Below, in pieces: positions 54,258 to 63,703 of a DNA stretch of 64,000 nucleotides. A program made the position numbers and the translations under genes. The stretch covers positions 4,024 through 68,023 of the forward strand of contig PHAN01000016.1 of NCBI GenBank assembly GCA_002841695.1. The letters are read 5' to 3'. Under the pieces are notes generated by a model, which did no database searches, was not told the DNA's origin, and saw only the letters and a list, made by a program, of their open reading frames with translations. The stretch's first letter is position 1. The number at the start of each line of letters is the position of its first letter. The stretch is from Elusimicrobia bacterium HGW-Elusimicrobia-1 (lineage in GTDB: Bacteria; Elusimicrobiota; Endomicrobiia; PHAN01).

Positions 54258-55333
54258 AAAACATAAAGGTTCTTATAGCCGCCGGCGGCACGGGCGGACA
54301 TCTTTATCCGGGGATAGCTTTGGCCTCGGAGTTGATTTCACGCGGATGCGAAGTTTCGTTTGCCGTAAAAAATGACGATCTCGGCAAGGATATACTTTCC
54401 GAGCTTAAAATAGATTACGATTGCGTCGTCGCCCATCCTTTTCCGCGCCGCTCGCCGTCGGCGCTGGCGGTTTTTGCCGCAGTCAACTTAGCCGGTATAA
54501 TCTCGGCGGTACGGCTGCTTAGGCGCCGCCGTCCGTCCGTGGTGGCGGGAATGGGCGCTTACGTCTCTTTTCCGGTTATCGCGGCCGCGCGTTTGTCGGG
54601 CATACCGACGATCATACACGAGCAAAACTCCGTGCCGGGCCTCGCCAATAAAGCGCTGTCGTATATCGCGGACAAAATAGCGATCAGTTTTCCGTCGTCG
54701 GAGGTTTTCTTCAAAAAAGCCAAAACGGTCGTGACCGGGAATCCCGTTCGCGGGGCCATATCCTCGGCGGAAAGAAACCTTCGCAAATTCGATCTCGAAG
54801 ACGGCAAGCGCGCGATTCTTATTTTCGGCGGAAGCCAGGGCGCCTCCGCAATAAATTCCGCGGCCATCGGAGCGTTGCGGCATCTCGAAGAGTTTAAGTC
54901 GAGAATACAGTTTCTGCATCTTACCGGCGAAGCCGATTATTTCCGTGTAAAAGAGGCCTACGCCGCTTCCGGATTCCGCGCGGCGGTGTACCCGTATCTC
55001 AGGGAAATGGGAACCGTGTACGCATCCTCGGACATTGCCGTGTGCCGAGCAGGAGCCACCACCATAGCCGAACTGGCCGCCACGGGACTTCCGGCGATAC
55101 TGGTTCCGTATAAACGCGCAACGGCGGATCATCAGACGAAAAACGCTCAAGCCCACATCGCCGCCGGATACGCGGCCGAAATCATCTCCGAAGACGACCT
55201 GAATCCCGGGATACTCGCCAAGAAACTGAGCGAATCCGCGCTTAATCCCGTCGGAAGGCGCCGCGCCGCTCCGCACGGATCGGCGGCGTCCGACCTCGCC
55301 GCAGTCGTACTGTCGCTGGCCGCCTCCCGCTGA
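54254..55333 (+). CDS. murG: UDP-N-acetylglucosamine--N-acetylmuramyl-(pentapeptide) pyrophosphoryl-undecaprenol N-acetylglucosamine transferase
   Basis: AAGGTGGHLYPG, GGSQGA, and GT-B layout. Confidence 0.9.
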   Translation: MKNIKVLIAAGGTGGHLYPGIALASELISRGCEVSFAVKNDDLGKDILSELKIDYDCVVAHPFPRRSPSALAVFAAVNLAGIISAVRLLRRRRPSVVAGMGAYVSFPVIAAARLSGIPTIIHEQNSVPGLANKALSYIADKIAISFPSSEVFFKKAKTVVTGNPVRGAISSAERNLRKFDLEDGKRAILIFGGSQGASAINSAAIGALRHLEEFKSRIQFLHLTGEADYFRVKEAYAASGFRAAVYPYLREMGTVYASSDIAVCRAGATTIAELAATGLPAILVPYKRATADHQTKNAQAHIAAGYAAEIISEDDLNPGILAKKLSESALNPVGRRRAAPHGSAASDLAAVVLSLAASR

Positions 55334-55446
55334 AAATAGCGTTCAAACATGCAATAATTCCGACGCTTTTTTTACGGAATCCCGGGCATAATTTGCTATT
55401 ATCTTCCGTGCGACGGACCATCCGCCAACCGAAAGGAATTCCCTTA

Positions 55447-56193
55447 ATGAAAAAACGAACGATACTCGTGACCAACGACGACGGCATTCACGGCGCCGGT
55501 TTGCGGCCTTTGGTGTCCGAACTTAAAAAAATAGGCAGGGTAATAGCCATCGTTCCTGATCAGGAACGCTCCGGCATGAGCCATTCCATAACCCTGCATA
55601 AACCGTTATGGATAAGAAAGGTCGATGACGATTTTTATATGACCACGGGAACTCCCGTCGACTGCGTGCGATTTTCGATACTGCATATGTTCAAGAAAAA
55701 AATCGACATGGTCGTTTCGGGCATAAACACGGGGCCGAATCTGGGCGAGGACGTCATATACTCCGGCACCGTCGCCGGCGCCCGCGAAGGAGCGCTTCTG
55801 GGCAAACCGTCGCTGGCGGTATCTCTGTCTGATCTCGGCAATATCAATTTCCGCGACGCGGCGATATTCGCGAGGCATTTGGCCGAAAAAGTTTTCGCCC
55901 AAGGCATTCCTGACGATATTTATCTGAATGTGAACTATCCCAAAGTGAAGCGGGGGGTGGAAGTTACCACCCTGGGCAAGCGGGTTTACGACGAGAAAAT
56001 ATTGACTCGCCGCGATCCGCGCGGCGGAACTTATTTCTGGCTGTCCGGCAAGATACTCAAAAGCAAGTTCGTAAAAGGCACCGACACCGGAGCCGTCGAT
56101 CGCGGCCGCGTTTCCATCACGCCTCTGCGCATTGAGACGGCGAATCCCGCAATATACGGCGAAACCGCAAAGTGGCTGAAAGATTTAAGCTGA
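55447..56193 (+). CDS. surE: 5'/3'-nucleotidase SurE
   Basis: ILVTNDDGIHGAGL and SGINxGPN motifs. ATG 55447. Confidence 0.88.
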   Translation: MKKRTILVTNDDGIHGAGLRPLVSELKKIGRVIAIVPDQERSGMSHSITLHKPLWIRKVDDDFYMTTGTPVDCVRFSILHMFKKKIDMVVSGINTGPNLGEDVIYSGTVAGAREGALLGKPSLAVSLSDLGNINFRDAAIFARHLAEKVFAQGIPDDIYLNVNYPKVKRGVEVTTLGKRVYDEKILTRRDPRGGTYFWLSGKILKSKFVKGTDTGAVDRGRVSITPLRIETANPAIYGETAKWLKDLS

Positions 56194-58199
56194 TATCGCC
56201 GTTTGCGCCCGCCGGCGACCAGCCGGGGGCTATAGACGCTCTCGCCGACGGAGTCCGTTCCGGCAAGAAGCACAACCTTTTGCTCGGCGTTACCGGCGCC
56301 GGCAAAACTTTCGTAATTGCTTCCGTCATAGAAAAACTCCAGAAACCCGCCCTGATAATCTCGCCCAATAAAATTCTGGCCGCGCAGCTTTACGCGGAAT
56401 TCAAGAAATTCTTTCCCGAAAACGCCGTAGAATATTTCATCTCGTACTACGATTACTACCAGCCCGAAGCGTATATTCCTCGGACGGATACTTTCATAGA
56501 AAAGGACTCCGCCGTCAACGAACATATCGACCGGCTCCGTCTGAAAGCCACGTCTTCGCTGATGTCGCGCAGGGACGTTATCGTAGTGGCGTCGGTATCC
56601 TGCATTTACAATCTGGGCTCTCCCGAGGACTACAAAAAATTCTCGGTTCTCGTCGAAAAAGGGGCGTCCAAGGGCATCGGGGATCTTCTGCGGGAACTTG
56701 TGGCCGTGCAGTATGCCAGAAATGATTTTGAGCCGTCCAGAGGGCATTTCCGCGTGAAAGGCGATATCGTCGACGTGTTTCCGGCATATCTGGAAACGGG
56801 CGTCAGGATTGAGTTTTTCGGCGATATCATCGAGAGCGTATCCGAAATAAATCCTCTTACCTCCGAACGTCTGCGCCCGCTTGAAAAAATCTATATATAT
56901 CCGGCCAAGCACTTTTTGACCGAGCCGCAGAAAATCTTGGACGCCGTTTCTGTAATCGAGGCCGAGCTCTCCGTGCGCGTAAAATATCTTGAGTCGATAG
57001 GAAAACTCGTCGAAGCGCAGCGTATCGCCCAGCGCACCCGTTACGATATGGAAATGCTCAAAGAGACGGGTTTTTGTCACGGCGTCGAGAACTATTCGAG
57101 GCACCTTTCGGGACGCCCGTCGGGCGCCCGCCCGGAATGCCTGATGGATTACTTCGGCGAAGATTTTCTCGTCGTAATCGATGAATCGCATCTTACGGTT
57201 CCGCAGATAAGGGGAATGCACGAAGGCGACCGCGCCCGAAAGACCACCCTTGTCGATTTCGGATTTCGTCTGCCGTCCGCGCTCGATAATCGCCCCCTGA
57301 GATTCGACGAATTCGAGTCGATGGTCAAGACCGCGCTTTACGCGAGCGCGACGCCGGGCGAATACGAAATATCACGTTCGGGATCGCCTGCCGAGCTTGT
57401 CATACGTCCGACGGGACTGGTCGATCCCGATGTGGAGATAAGGCCGTCGGAACGCCAGGTAATGGACGTCTCGTCGGAAATAGAGAAACTTTCGCCTCGC
57501 GGCCGCATCATAGTAAACACTCTTACAAAAAAAACCGCCGAGGATTTCGCCGCATGGCTCGACGAAAAGAAAATCCGCGCCAAGTATCTTCATTCCGGCA
57601 TCCCCGCTCTCGACAGAATCGCCATAATAAAAGATTTCCGTCTCGGAAAATTCGACGTTCTCGTCGGCGTGAACCTTCTGCGCGAGGGCCTGGATATGCC
57701 GGAGGTTCTCCTTGTGGCTGTGTTCGACGCCGACAAAGAAGGTTTTCTCAGGAGCGAAAGGACTCTTATACAGATAGCCGGACGCGCGGCACGGAATCTC
57801 GAAGGCAGAATAATACTCTACGCGTCTTCCGTCACGGATTCTATGCGGCGCGCGCTCGACGAAATGTCCCGCCGCCGCGTAAAGCAGCTGGAGCATAACA
57901 GAGTCCACGGAATAACACCGCGCACCATAATAAAAGCTGTCGACGATCTGGAAGAATTCGAGCGCATCGCCCGACGGGAATCGCTTGCCGTGGTTGTGGG
58001 GGAATCCGCGGCCGAATATATGTCCGGAGATAAACTGCCTTCCTACATAGCGCAGTTGGAGGAAGAAATGCTGCGCGCCGCCGACCAGCTGGATTTTGAA
58101 CTCGCCGCCGCGCTGCGCGACAAGATAGCGGAACTTAAAGAGATGTCAGCGGCGGCCGCCTTGCCTAAAAACTCCGCGCCGCGCCGGCGGAAAAAATGA
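56172..58199 (+). CDS. uvrB: Excinuclease ABC subunit B
   Basis: GDQPGAIDAL, GVTGAGKT, a helicase motif set and the C-terminal UvrB/UvrC interaction helix (LAAALRDKIAELK). Confidence 0.92.
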   Translation: MAERFKLISPFAPAGDQPGAIDALADGVRSGKKHNLLLGVTGAGKTFVIASVIEKLQKPALIISPNKILAAQLYAEFKKFFPENAVEYFISYYDYYQPEAYIPRTDTFIEKDSAVNEHIDRLRLKATSSLMSRRDVIVVASVSCIYNLGSPEDYKKFSVLVEKGASKGIGDLLRELVAVQYARNDFEPSRGHFRVKGDIVDVFPAYLETGVRIEFFGDIIESVSEINPLTSERLRPLEKIYIYPAKHFLTEPQKILDAVSVIEAELSVRVKYLESIGKLVEAQRIAQRTRYDMEMLKETGFCHGVENYSRHLSGRPSGARPECLMDYFGEDFLVVIDESHLTVPQIRGMHEGDRARKTTLVDFGFRLPSALDNRPLRFDEFESMVKTALYASATPGEYEISRSGSPAELVIRPTGLVDPDVEIRPSERQVMDVSSEIEKLSPRGRIIVNTLTKKTAEDFAAWLDEKKIRAKYLHSGIPALDRIAIIKDFRLGKFDVLVGVNLLREGLDMPEVLLVAVFDADKEGFLRSERTLIQIAGRAARNLEGRIILYASSVTDSMRRALDEMSRRRVKQLEHNRVHGITPRTIIKAVDDLEEFERIARRESLAVVVGESAAEYMSGDKLPSYIAQLEEEMLRAADQLDFELAAALRDKIAELKEMSAAAALPKNSAPRRRKK

Positions 58200-58214
58200 T
58201 AGAATACGTTTCGT

Positions 58215-59045
58215 ATGCGAATAAATAAAATAATTTCCGCGGCCTTGACGGAAGACAGAGCGTTCAGCGACGCCACTTGCGCGCTTTTGCCGCCCCGCGC
58301 TGCGAAAGCCGGGGCCATTGCCGTGATGACGGCCCGCGAGACAGGAGTGGTCTGCGGTCTCGGTGTCGCCGCCGGTGTTTTTCGCGCGACGTCCCGCCGC
58401 GTCCGTGTCGAAATTCTTGTCCCCGACGGAAAAAAGGTCGCGCGCGGCGAAGTACTTCTTAAAGCGCGCGGGCCGCTTCGGGCGCTTCTTGCCGCCGAAA
58501 GAACCGCTTTGAATTTCGCCGGACGGCTTTCGGGAATCGCCACGCTCACCGCGCGATTCGTCGAGGCCGCGCGCGGAACCCGCGCCCGCATATTCGACAC
58601 GCGCAAAACGACTCCGTGTCTCAGGGAACTCGAAAAGTCCGCCGTCCGGGCCGGAGGCGGCCGCAATCATCGGATGAATCTTGCGGATATGATTCTGGTC
58701 AAGGACAACCACTTGGCGGTCGTTCCGGACCCGCTCCTGTGGGTTAAAGCCGCCCGCCGTCGTCGGAAACAAATCGAAATAGAGTGCGACTCCATAACTC
58801 GGCTTCCCGCCGTCGCGGCCGCCGCGCCGGACATTATCCTGCTCGACAATATGAAGCCGCCGGTTCTGCGACGGGCGATAGCTTATATAAGGAAATTCCG
58901 CCCGTCCGCGCAAATTGAGGTGTCGGGCGGAGTGAATATTAAAACTGTCCGCGGGATAGCGCGGCTCGGACCGGACAGAATTTCCGTCGGAGCGCTCACG
59001 CATTCGGCGCCGTCGCTGGATCTGTCGCTTGAAATAAAGAGTTAA
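58215..59045 (+). CDS. nadC: Nicotinate-nucleotide pyrophosphorylase (quinolinate phosphoribosyltransferase)
   Basis: Segments RTALNFA, DTRKTTP, GGGxNHR, ILLDNM and EVSGG. Confidence 0.85.
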   Translation: MRINKIISAALTEDRAFSDATCALLPPRAAKAGAIAVMTARETGVVCGLGVAAGVFRATSRRVRVEILVPDGKKVARGEVLLKARGPLRALLAAERTALNFAGRLSGIATLTARFVEAARGTRARIFDTRKTTPCLRELEKSAVRAGGGRNHRMNLADMILVKDNHLAVVPDPLLWVKAARRRRKQIEIECDSITRLPAVAAAAPDIILLDNMKPPVLRRAIAYIRKFRPSAQIEVSGGVNIKTVRGIARLGPDRISVGALTHSAPSLDLSLEIKS

Positions 59046-59058
59046 AAAATTCTCGTTT

Positions 59059-60042
59059 ATGCCGGATTCAGTCAGAAAAAAAATATTCCGCGAACTTAAA
59101 AAGGGCGCTCTGGTGTCAGGCGAAGCCCTTGCCGGGGCCATCGGCGTGTCCCGGGCGGACGTCAACAAACATATAAAAAAACTCCGTGAAATGGGCTGCG
59201 ATATTCACGCGGCCAGAAAGTCGGGCTACATTATGAAATCCGGCCCGGATAAAATCACATTCGATAATCTCGAACTGGCGCTTTCCGACGATATTCCGGG
59301 ATTGTGTTTCGTCAATCTGACCAAAACGGATTCCACGCAGACGCGCGTCAAGGCGCTGGCCGAGAAGGGCTCCGCCGAATGGCTTGTCGTTCGCGCCGGC
59401 GAGCAGACCGCCGCCTACGGCCGGCTCCGCCGCCGCTGGGAATCTTCTCCGGGCGGTCTGTGGTTCTCAGTGTTGCTCAGGCCAAATATGGCTCCGTCCG
59501 CCGCGCCCGCGTTTTCGCCCGCGTTTTCCCTTGCGGTTCGCGCGGCGGTGGAGCGCGCGAGCGGAGTTAAATGTTACGTTAAATGGCCCAACGACGTGCT
59601 TGCGAAAAACCGCTCCGGCGAGTTCGTTAAAATCGCGGGGATAATAACCGAGATATCGGCCGATTCGCAGAAAATACACTGGCTGGCCGTCGGATGCGGG
59701 CTCAATGTTTCAAACAAAGTTCCGTCGGGCGCGCTGTTCGCGGCCTCGTCTCTTCTTGAAGCGGGCGCGCCGCCGTCCGTCGAGCCCGCGCGGATTCTGG
59801 CCGGGATACTCGCGGCAGCCAAAGACGTTTACGACAGGTACTCTCGCGGCGGCTTCGCGCAGTTCGTCCGCGAGTATGACACATACAACGCCCTGGGCGG
59901 CCGCGCCGTCGCGGCGGAAACTTTCGACGGAGAGACGGAAGGCGCGGTAAAAGGCGTCGACAACGAGGGGCGGTTGATTCTTGAAACATCGTCGGGGTTA
60001 AAGACCATAACGGCGGGCGACGTCACCATCAAAAAGGCGTGA
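59059..60042 (+). CDS. birA: Bifunctional biotin--[acetyl-CoA-carboxylase] ligase / biotin operon repressor
   Basis: N-terminal HTH (VSGEALAGAIGVSRADVNKHIKKLREMG). Catalytic GRxGRxW-type region (GRLRRRWESSPG). C-terminal SH3-like domain. Confidence 0.85.
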   Translation: MPDSVRKKIFRELKKGALVSGEALAGAIGVSRADVNKHIKKLREMGCDIHAARKSGYIMKSGPDKITFDNLELALSDDIPGLCFVNLTKTDSTQTRVKALAEKGSAEWLVVRAGEQTAAYGRLRRRWESSPGGLWFSVLLRPNMAPSAAPAFSPAFSLAVRAAVERASGVKCYVKWPNDVLAKNRSGEFVKIAGIITEISADSQKIHWLAVGCGLNVSNKVPSGALFAASSLLEAGAPPSVEPARILAGILAAAKDVYDRYSRGGFAQFVREYDTYNALGGRAVAAETFDGETEGAVKGVDNEGRLILETSSGLKTITAGDVTIKKA

Positions 60043-60089
60043 CGGCATTCCGGCTTCCGTCGCGATATTTTATAACGGAGACCAAAACA

Positions 60090-60728
60090 ATGGATGAACA
60101 CGTAATCTGGTGGAGAAAGAAAATACTTGCGCGGACGGCTAAGGCGCTGGAGGCCAACGGTTTTACCGCGGTCGCAGCCGACACGCTCAAAGATGCCGCG
60201 TCGTTTGCGGCCGATGCGGTTCCTGCCGGCTCGACGGTGGGGTTGGGCGGGTCTATGAGCGTGCGGGAACTGGGCCTGGCCGAAATGCTCTCGTCCCGCG
60301 GTCACGGCATAATAATGCCTCTTGCGGGAATGAGCCGCGAAGACGCTCTGGCCAAAAGGCGCGCGGCGCTTTCGGCGGACGTATATCTGGCGTCGCCGCA
60401 GGCGGTTACCGTCGACGGAAAACTTATTTTCGTGGACATGCACGCAAACAGGACGGCGGCCGTAAGCTTCGGGCCGTCGAAAGTGGTGCTGGTCGCGGGA
60501 TTCAACAAAATCGCCTTCGATGAGGCGGCGGGTATTTTCCGCGCCAGAAACGTCGCCGCGCCCATAAACGTAAGGCGTCTCGGGCGAAAAACCCCGTGCG
60601 CTGAAACCGGACTTTGTTCCGACTGCGACTCCGAGGGGCGTATATGCAGGGTGGTCGAGGTAATACTTAAAAAACCCGGCTCGACGGAAATATGCGTTGT
60701 TTTGTGCGCGCAAGATTTGGGCTATTGA
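60090..60728 (+). CDS. LUD-domain protein (LutC/YkgG-like lactate-utilisation family)
   Basis: Rossmann-like LUD layout (VGLGGSMS...ADVYLASPQAVTVDGKLIFVD...VLVAGFNK). Cys cluster near the C-terminus. An alternative upstream start exists at 60039. Confidence 0.55.
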   Translation: MDEHVIWWRKKILARTAKALEANGFTAVAADTLKDAASFAADAVPAGSTVGLGGSMSVRELGLAEMLSSRGHGIIMPLAGMSREDALAKRRAALSADVYLASPQAVTVDGKLIFVDMHANRTAAVSFGPSKVVLVAGFNKIAFDEAAGIFRARNVAAPINVRRLGRKTPCAETGLCSDCDSEGRICRVVEVILKKPGSTEICVVLCAQDLGY

Positions 60729-60822
60729 TTTGACACGACAAGTATAAATAAGTAGAATTGTGCGCAATAGAAAAAAAATGCCGGTCGTATTCCGGTCGGC
60801 GTAAAAAACGAGGAGGCCTGCA

Positions 60823-61005
60823 ATGGCTGAAGTTCTGGTAGTGGTCAGCAAGATCAAAAAGATGGTCAAAGAGTCCGATTTGAGAACCGGCGGAGATTAC
60901 ATCGATAAGCTTTCCGAAAAAGTCGATGCCATCGTCAAGGCGTCGGTCGAAAAAGTGAAAGCCGAAGGCGGTAAAAAAACCCTCGGAGCCGAGGATATAA
61001 TCTGA
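60823..61005 (+). CDS. Bacterial histone-fold protein (DUF1931/HBb-like, single 60-aa histone fold)
   Basis: MAEVLVVVSKIKKM...IDKLSEKVDAIVKASVEKVKAEGGKKTLGAEDII parallels archaeal HMfB (...IASEAVKLAKHAGRKTIKAEDIE) including the GRKT-x3-ED signature. Good RBS AGGAGG upstream. Confidence 0.6.
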   Translation: MAEVLVVVSKIKKMVKESDLRTGGDYIDKLSEKVDAIVKASVEKVKAEGGKKTLGAEDII

Positions 61006-61055
61006 AAAAGAGCCGTCCGACGGAAATCGCCGCGGGGGTAAGGCCCCCGCCGTCG

Positions 61056-62297
61056 GTGACGTTTGAAAGCGCCGCGCGGCTGATAACCTCGACCGTCCGG
61101 CGCCGGCTGCGCCCGTCGGGGGAAGTCGTGCGTCTTGAGGCCGCGCTCGGCCGCGCCGCAGCCAAAGACATCCGCGCGCGTATGCCGTCGCCGCCGTTCG
61201 ACAACTCCGCGATGGACGGATACGCCGTCCGCTCGCGCGATGTCCGTCGGGCCGTCGCGCGGCTTAAGGTCGTGGAAGTGATACCCGCGGGCAGAACGCC
61301 GTCTGAAAAAATCGGCCGTTGCGAGTGCGCCCGCATAATGACCGGCTCCCGCGCGCCCGCCGGCGCCGACGCCGTGGTAATGAGGGAAAACGCGTCGGCC
61401 GAAGCCGGCGGTTTCGTCACAATACTGCGCTCGGTCCGTCGGGGAGAAAACCTGCGCTTCGCGGGCGAGGACGTAAAAAAGGGCGCGTTGCTTATACCCA
61501 AAGGTTCGCTTCTGGGGCCCGCCGAACTTGGCCTTGCGGCCTCGCAAGGTCTTAAATCCGCGGCCGTTCTGCGGCGTCCCGTCGTAGGTTTTTTTACGAC
61601 CGGCGACGAAGTTGTAATGCCGGGCCGTCGGCTTAAATCTTCCCTGATATACAACGCCAACCGCTACACGCTGGGAGCGGCCATCGCCGAATCGGGTTGC
61701 TCGCCTCTCTACGCGGGGCATCTTTCCGACGATGAGCGTTCCGCGGCTTCCGCCATATCGTCGGCCGTCGCGCGCTGCGACGCGCTCATTACCTGCGGCG
61801 GAGTTTCCATGGGCGACTTCGATATAGTAAAAAAATCCCTGCGGCGTCTCGGCGCGAAATTTATTTTTGAAAGAATAGAAATGAAACCCGGGCGTCCGAC
61901 GGGTTTCGCGTTGTTGAGGGGCAAACCGGTTTTTACGCTTCCCGGAAACGTTGTGTCGTCTTTACTGTCCTACGAACTCTTGGTCTCGCCGCATCTTTCG
62001 CCGCACGGAAGCGGATTCGGACGTGTCTCCCGCGCCGTATCCGGTTTCACATACTCCAAAAACGATTCCCGCCGCCACTTTCTGCGGGTCAACGTGGAAA
62101 GCGACGACTCTCTCGTCCCGTCGGCGCGTTTGACCGGCGCTCAGGGTTCGGGCATTTTAAGCTCAATGTCCGGCTATGACGCGCTGGCCGTAATACTCGA
62201 AGGCCGCGTCTCTATACGGCGCGGATCGATAATTAAAATAATATCCCGCCGCCCGAAATTATCCCGAACCGTTACCACGCGCGGTTCCCGCAGGTGA
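61056..62297 (+). CDS. moeA: Molybdopterin molybdotransferase
   Basis: PPFDNSAMDGYAV. MoeA domain layout with GGVSMGDFD in the MoCF-biosynthesis domain. GTG start. Confidence 0.85.
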   Translation: MTFESAARLITSTVRRRLRPSGEVVRLEAALGRAAAKDIRARMPSPPFDNSAMDGYAVRSRDVRRAVARLKVVEVIPAGRTPSEKIGRCECARIMTGSRAPAGADAVVMRENASAEAGGFVTILRSVRRGENLRFAGEDVKKGALLIPKGSLLGPAELGLAASQGLKSAAVLRRPVVGFFTTGDEVVMPGRRLKSSLIYNANRYTLGAAIAESGCSPLYAGHLSDDERSAASAISSAVARCDALITCGGVSMGDFDIVKKSLRRLGAKFIFERIEMKPGRPTGFALLRGKPVFTLPGNVVSSLLSYELLVSPHLSPHGSGFGRVSRAVSGFTYSKNDSRRHFLRVNVESDDSLVPSARLTGAQGSGILSSMSGYDALAVILEGRVSIRRGSIIKIISRRPKLSRTVTTRGSRR

Positions 62298-62668
62298 AAA
62301 CAAAATTCAATATCTTCGACGCCCTGCTGGCCGTCGTTCTGGCCGCGGCGGCGTTTTTTTTATTTTTTTACGGAAGCGCGCGCTGGTCGGGAGGGCGGTC
62401 CGGCGGTCTTTTTGTCAGGGTGTTGTCCGGATCCGACGAAATCCGCTCCGCTCCTCTTGACGTTGACCGTATAATAAAAATCCGCGACGGCTTTACCGTC
62501 AAAATAGAAAAATCGCGGGTTTCCGTGCTTTCGTCCGACTGCCCCAAAAAAATTTGCGAGCATTCGGGAAGCATCTCCCGCGCCGGAGATTCTATCGTAT
62601 GCGCGCCGAATAAAATCGCCGTGACAATAGTCGCGAAAGACATAAATTATGACGCAGTCACAAAATAA
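62294..62668 (+). CDS. NusG domain II-containing (DUF1312) membrane-anchored protein
   Basis: TM helix followed by an ICEHSGSI...GDSIVCAPNKIAVTI pattern typical of NusG_II. Usual partner of Gx transporter genes. Confidence 0.6.
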   Translation: MKTKFNIFDALLAVVLAAAAFFLFFYGSARWSGGRSGGLFVRVLSGSDEIRSAPLDVDRIIKIRDGFTVKIEKSRVSVLSSDCPKKICEHSGSISRAGDSIVCAPNKIAVTIVAKDINYDAVTK

Positions 62669-63686
62669 GCCATTGTCGTCCGACGACAAAATCATCAATC
62701 TGGCCGCCGCCGGCGCCGCCATTCAGGCGGCCGAGTCGCTCATCCCCCTGCCCGTCCCGGGGGTAAAGCCGGGGCTTGCCAACGTCGCCACGCTGTCGGC
62801 CATAGAGGGGATGAACTTTGCCGACGCGTTTCTTGTCGCGCTGTGCCGTCCCGTGGCCGCGTCTTTTCTGACCGGCACATTTTTATCGCCCGCTTTCATA
62901 ATAAGTTTCGCGGCCTCGCCCGCCTCTTTTCTGGCGATGTCCCTGGCCGCCCGCGCCGGCGTTTTTTCGACTTACGGCGTCAGTATGGCCGGAGCCGTGG
63001 CGCACAACGCCGCGCAGCTTGCCGCGGTATATTTTTTGTTCGCCGGCGCGCTGAACATCTTCCGGCTGCTTCCGCTGCTCGTGATTGCGGGGGCGGTCAG
63101 CGGCGTGTTGACGGGCGCCGTTGCCGCGGCGGTCTTTTCGCGTTCCCGCGACGGCGAACCGGCGGAAGCGCGCGGAACGCCGTCGGAGGCGGCGGCCGCG
63201 CCGCCGGTTTCCTGGCGACGGCTTGCCGCCGCGCTGACGATTGTCGCGGTAAGTTTTTTTGTCGACAGGTGGGACGCGCTTGCCGCCGCCGGCGCGCTGT
63301 TCGTGCCGGCGGTATTTATAGGCGGTGGAATTGGCCTGTCGCGGCGCTATGCGCGATTCGCTCCGGCCGCCGCGGTTTTTTTCGCGCTGCCGTATTTATT
63401 GGGATCGGGTCTTTCGGTCGCCCTGACTTCGGGATTAAGAATAATTCTGGTTTTTCAGGCGTCCGCGTGGCTGTTTAAAAAAAACCCCGCCGGCTCTCTG
63501 CCCGAGATAAAAAATCGCGCGTTTGCAATATTTCCGTTGAGCGCATTCGCAAGGGCTTGGCGGATAACGGGGCGGGCGATATCGCTTGCCCCCGACGTCG
63601 CATCCGCGCTTGCCGCGGGAGATTCCGGGCCGGACAAAGAGGGATTTTTTCGACGGGCGGCTAAAATTCTTTCCGTGGGACGCTGA
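62649..63686 (+). CDS. Gx transporter family protein (heptaprenyl diphosphate synthase component I-like, Hpre_diP_synt_I)
   Basis: Polytopic membrane protein. Conserved pairing with the upstream NusG_II gene. Confidence 0.55.
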   Translation: MTQSQNKPLSSDDKIINLAAAGAAIQAAESLIPLPVPGVKPGLANVATLSAIEGMNFADAFLVALCRPVAASFLTGTFLSPAFIISFAASPASFLAMSLAARAGVFSTYGVSMAGAVAHNAAQLAAVYFLFAGALNIFRLLPLLVIAGAVSGVLTGAVAAAVFSRSRDGEPAEARGTPSEAAAAPPVSWRRLAAALTIVAVSFFVDRWDALAAAGALFVPAVFIGGGIGLSRRYARFAPAAAVFFALPYLLGSGLSVALTSGLRIILVFQASAWLFKKNPAGSLPEIKNRAFAIFPLSAFARAWRITGRAISLAPDVASALAAGDSGPDKEGFFRRAAKILSVGR

Positions 63687-63703
63687 TTCCGCCCGCCATT
63701 TCT

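Noticed and set aside
60955-61080. GC hairpin (cgggggtaaggccccc) after the histone-fold gene as an intrinsic terminator
   Set aside because: There is no downstream U-tract, and the moeA GTG start overlaps it. It is kept only as a possible RNA structure, not called a terminator.
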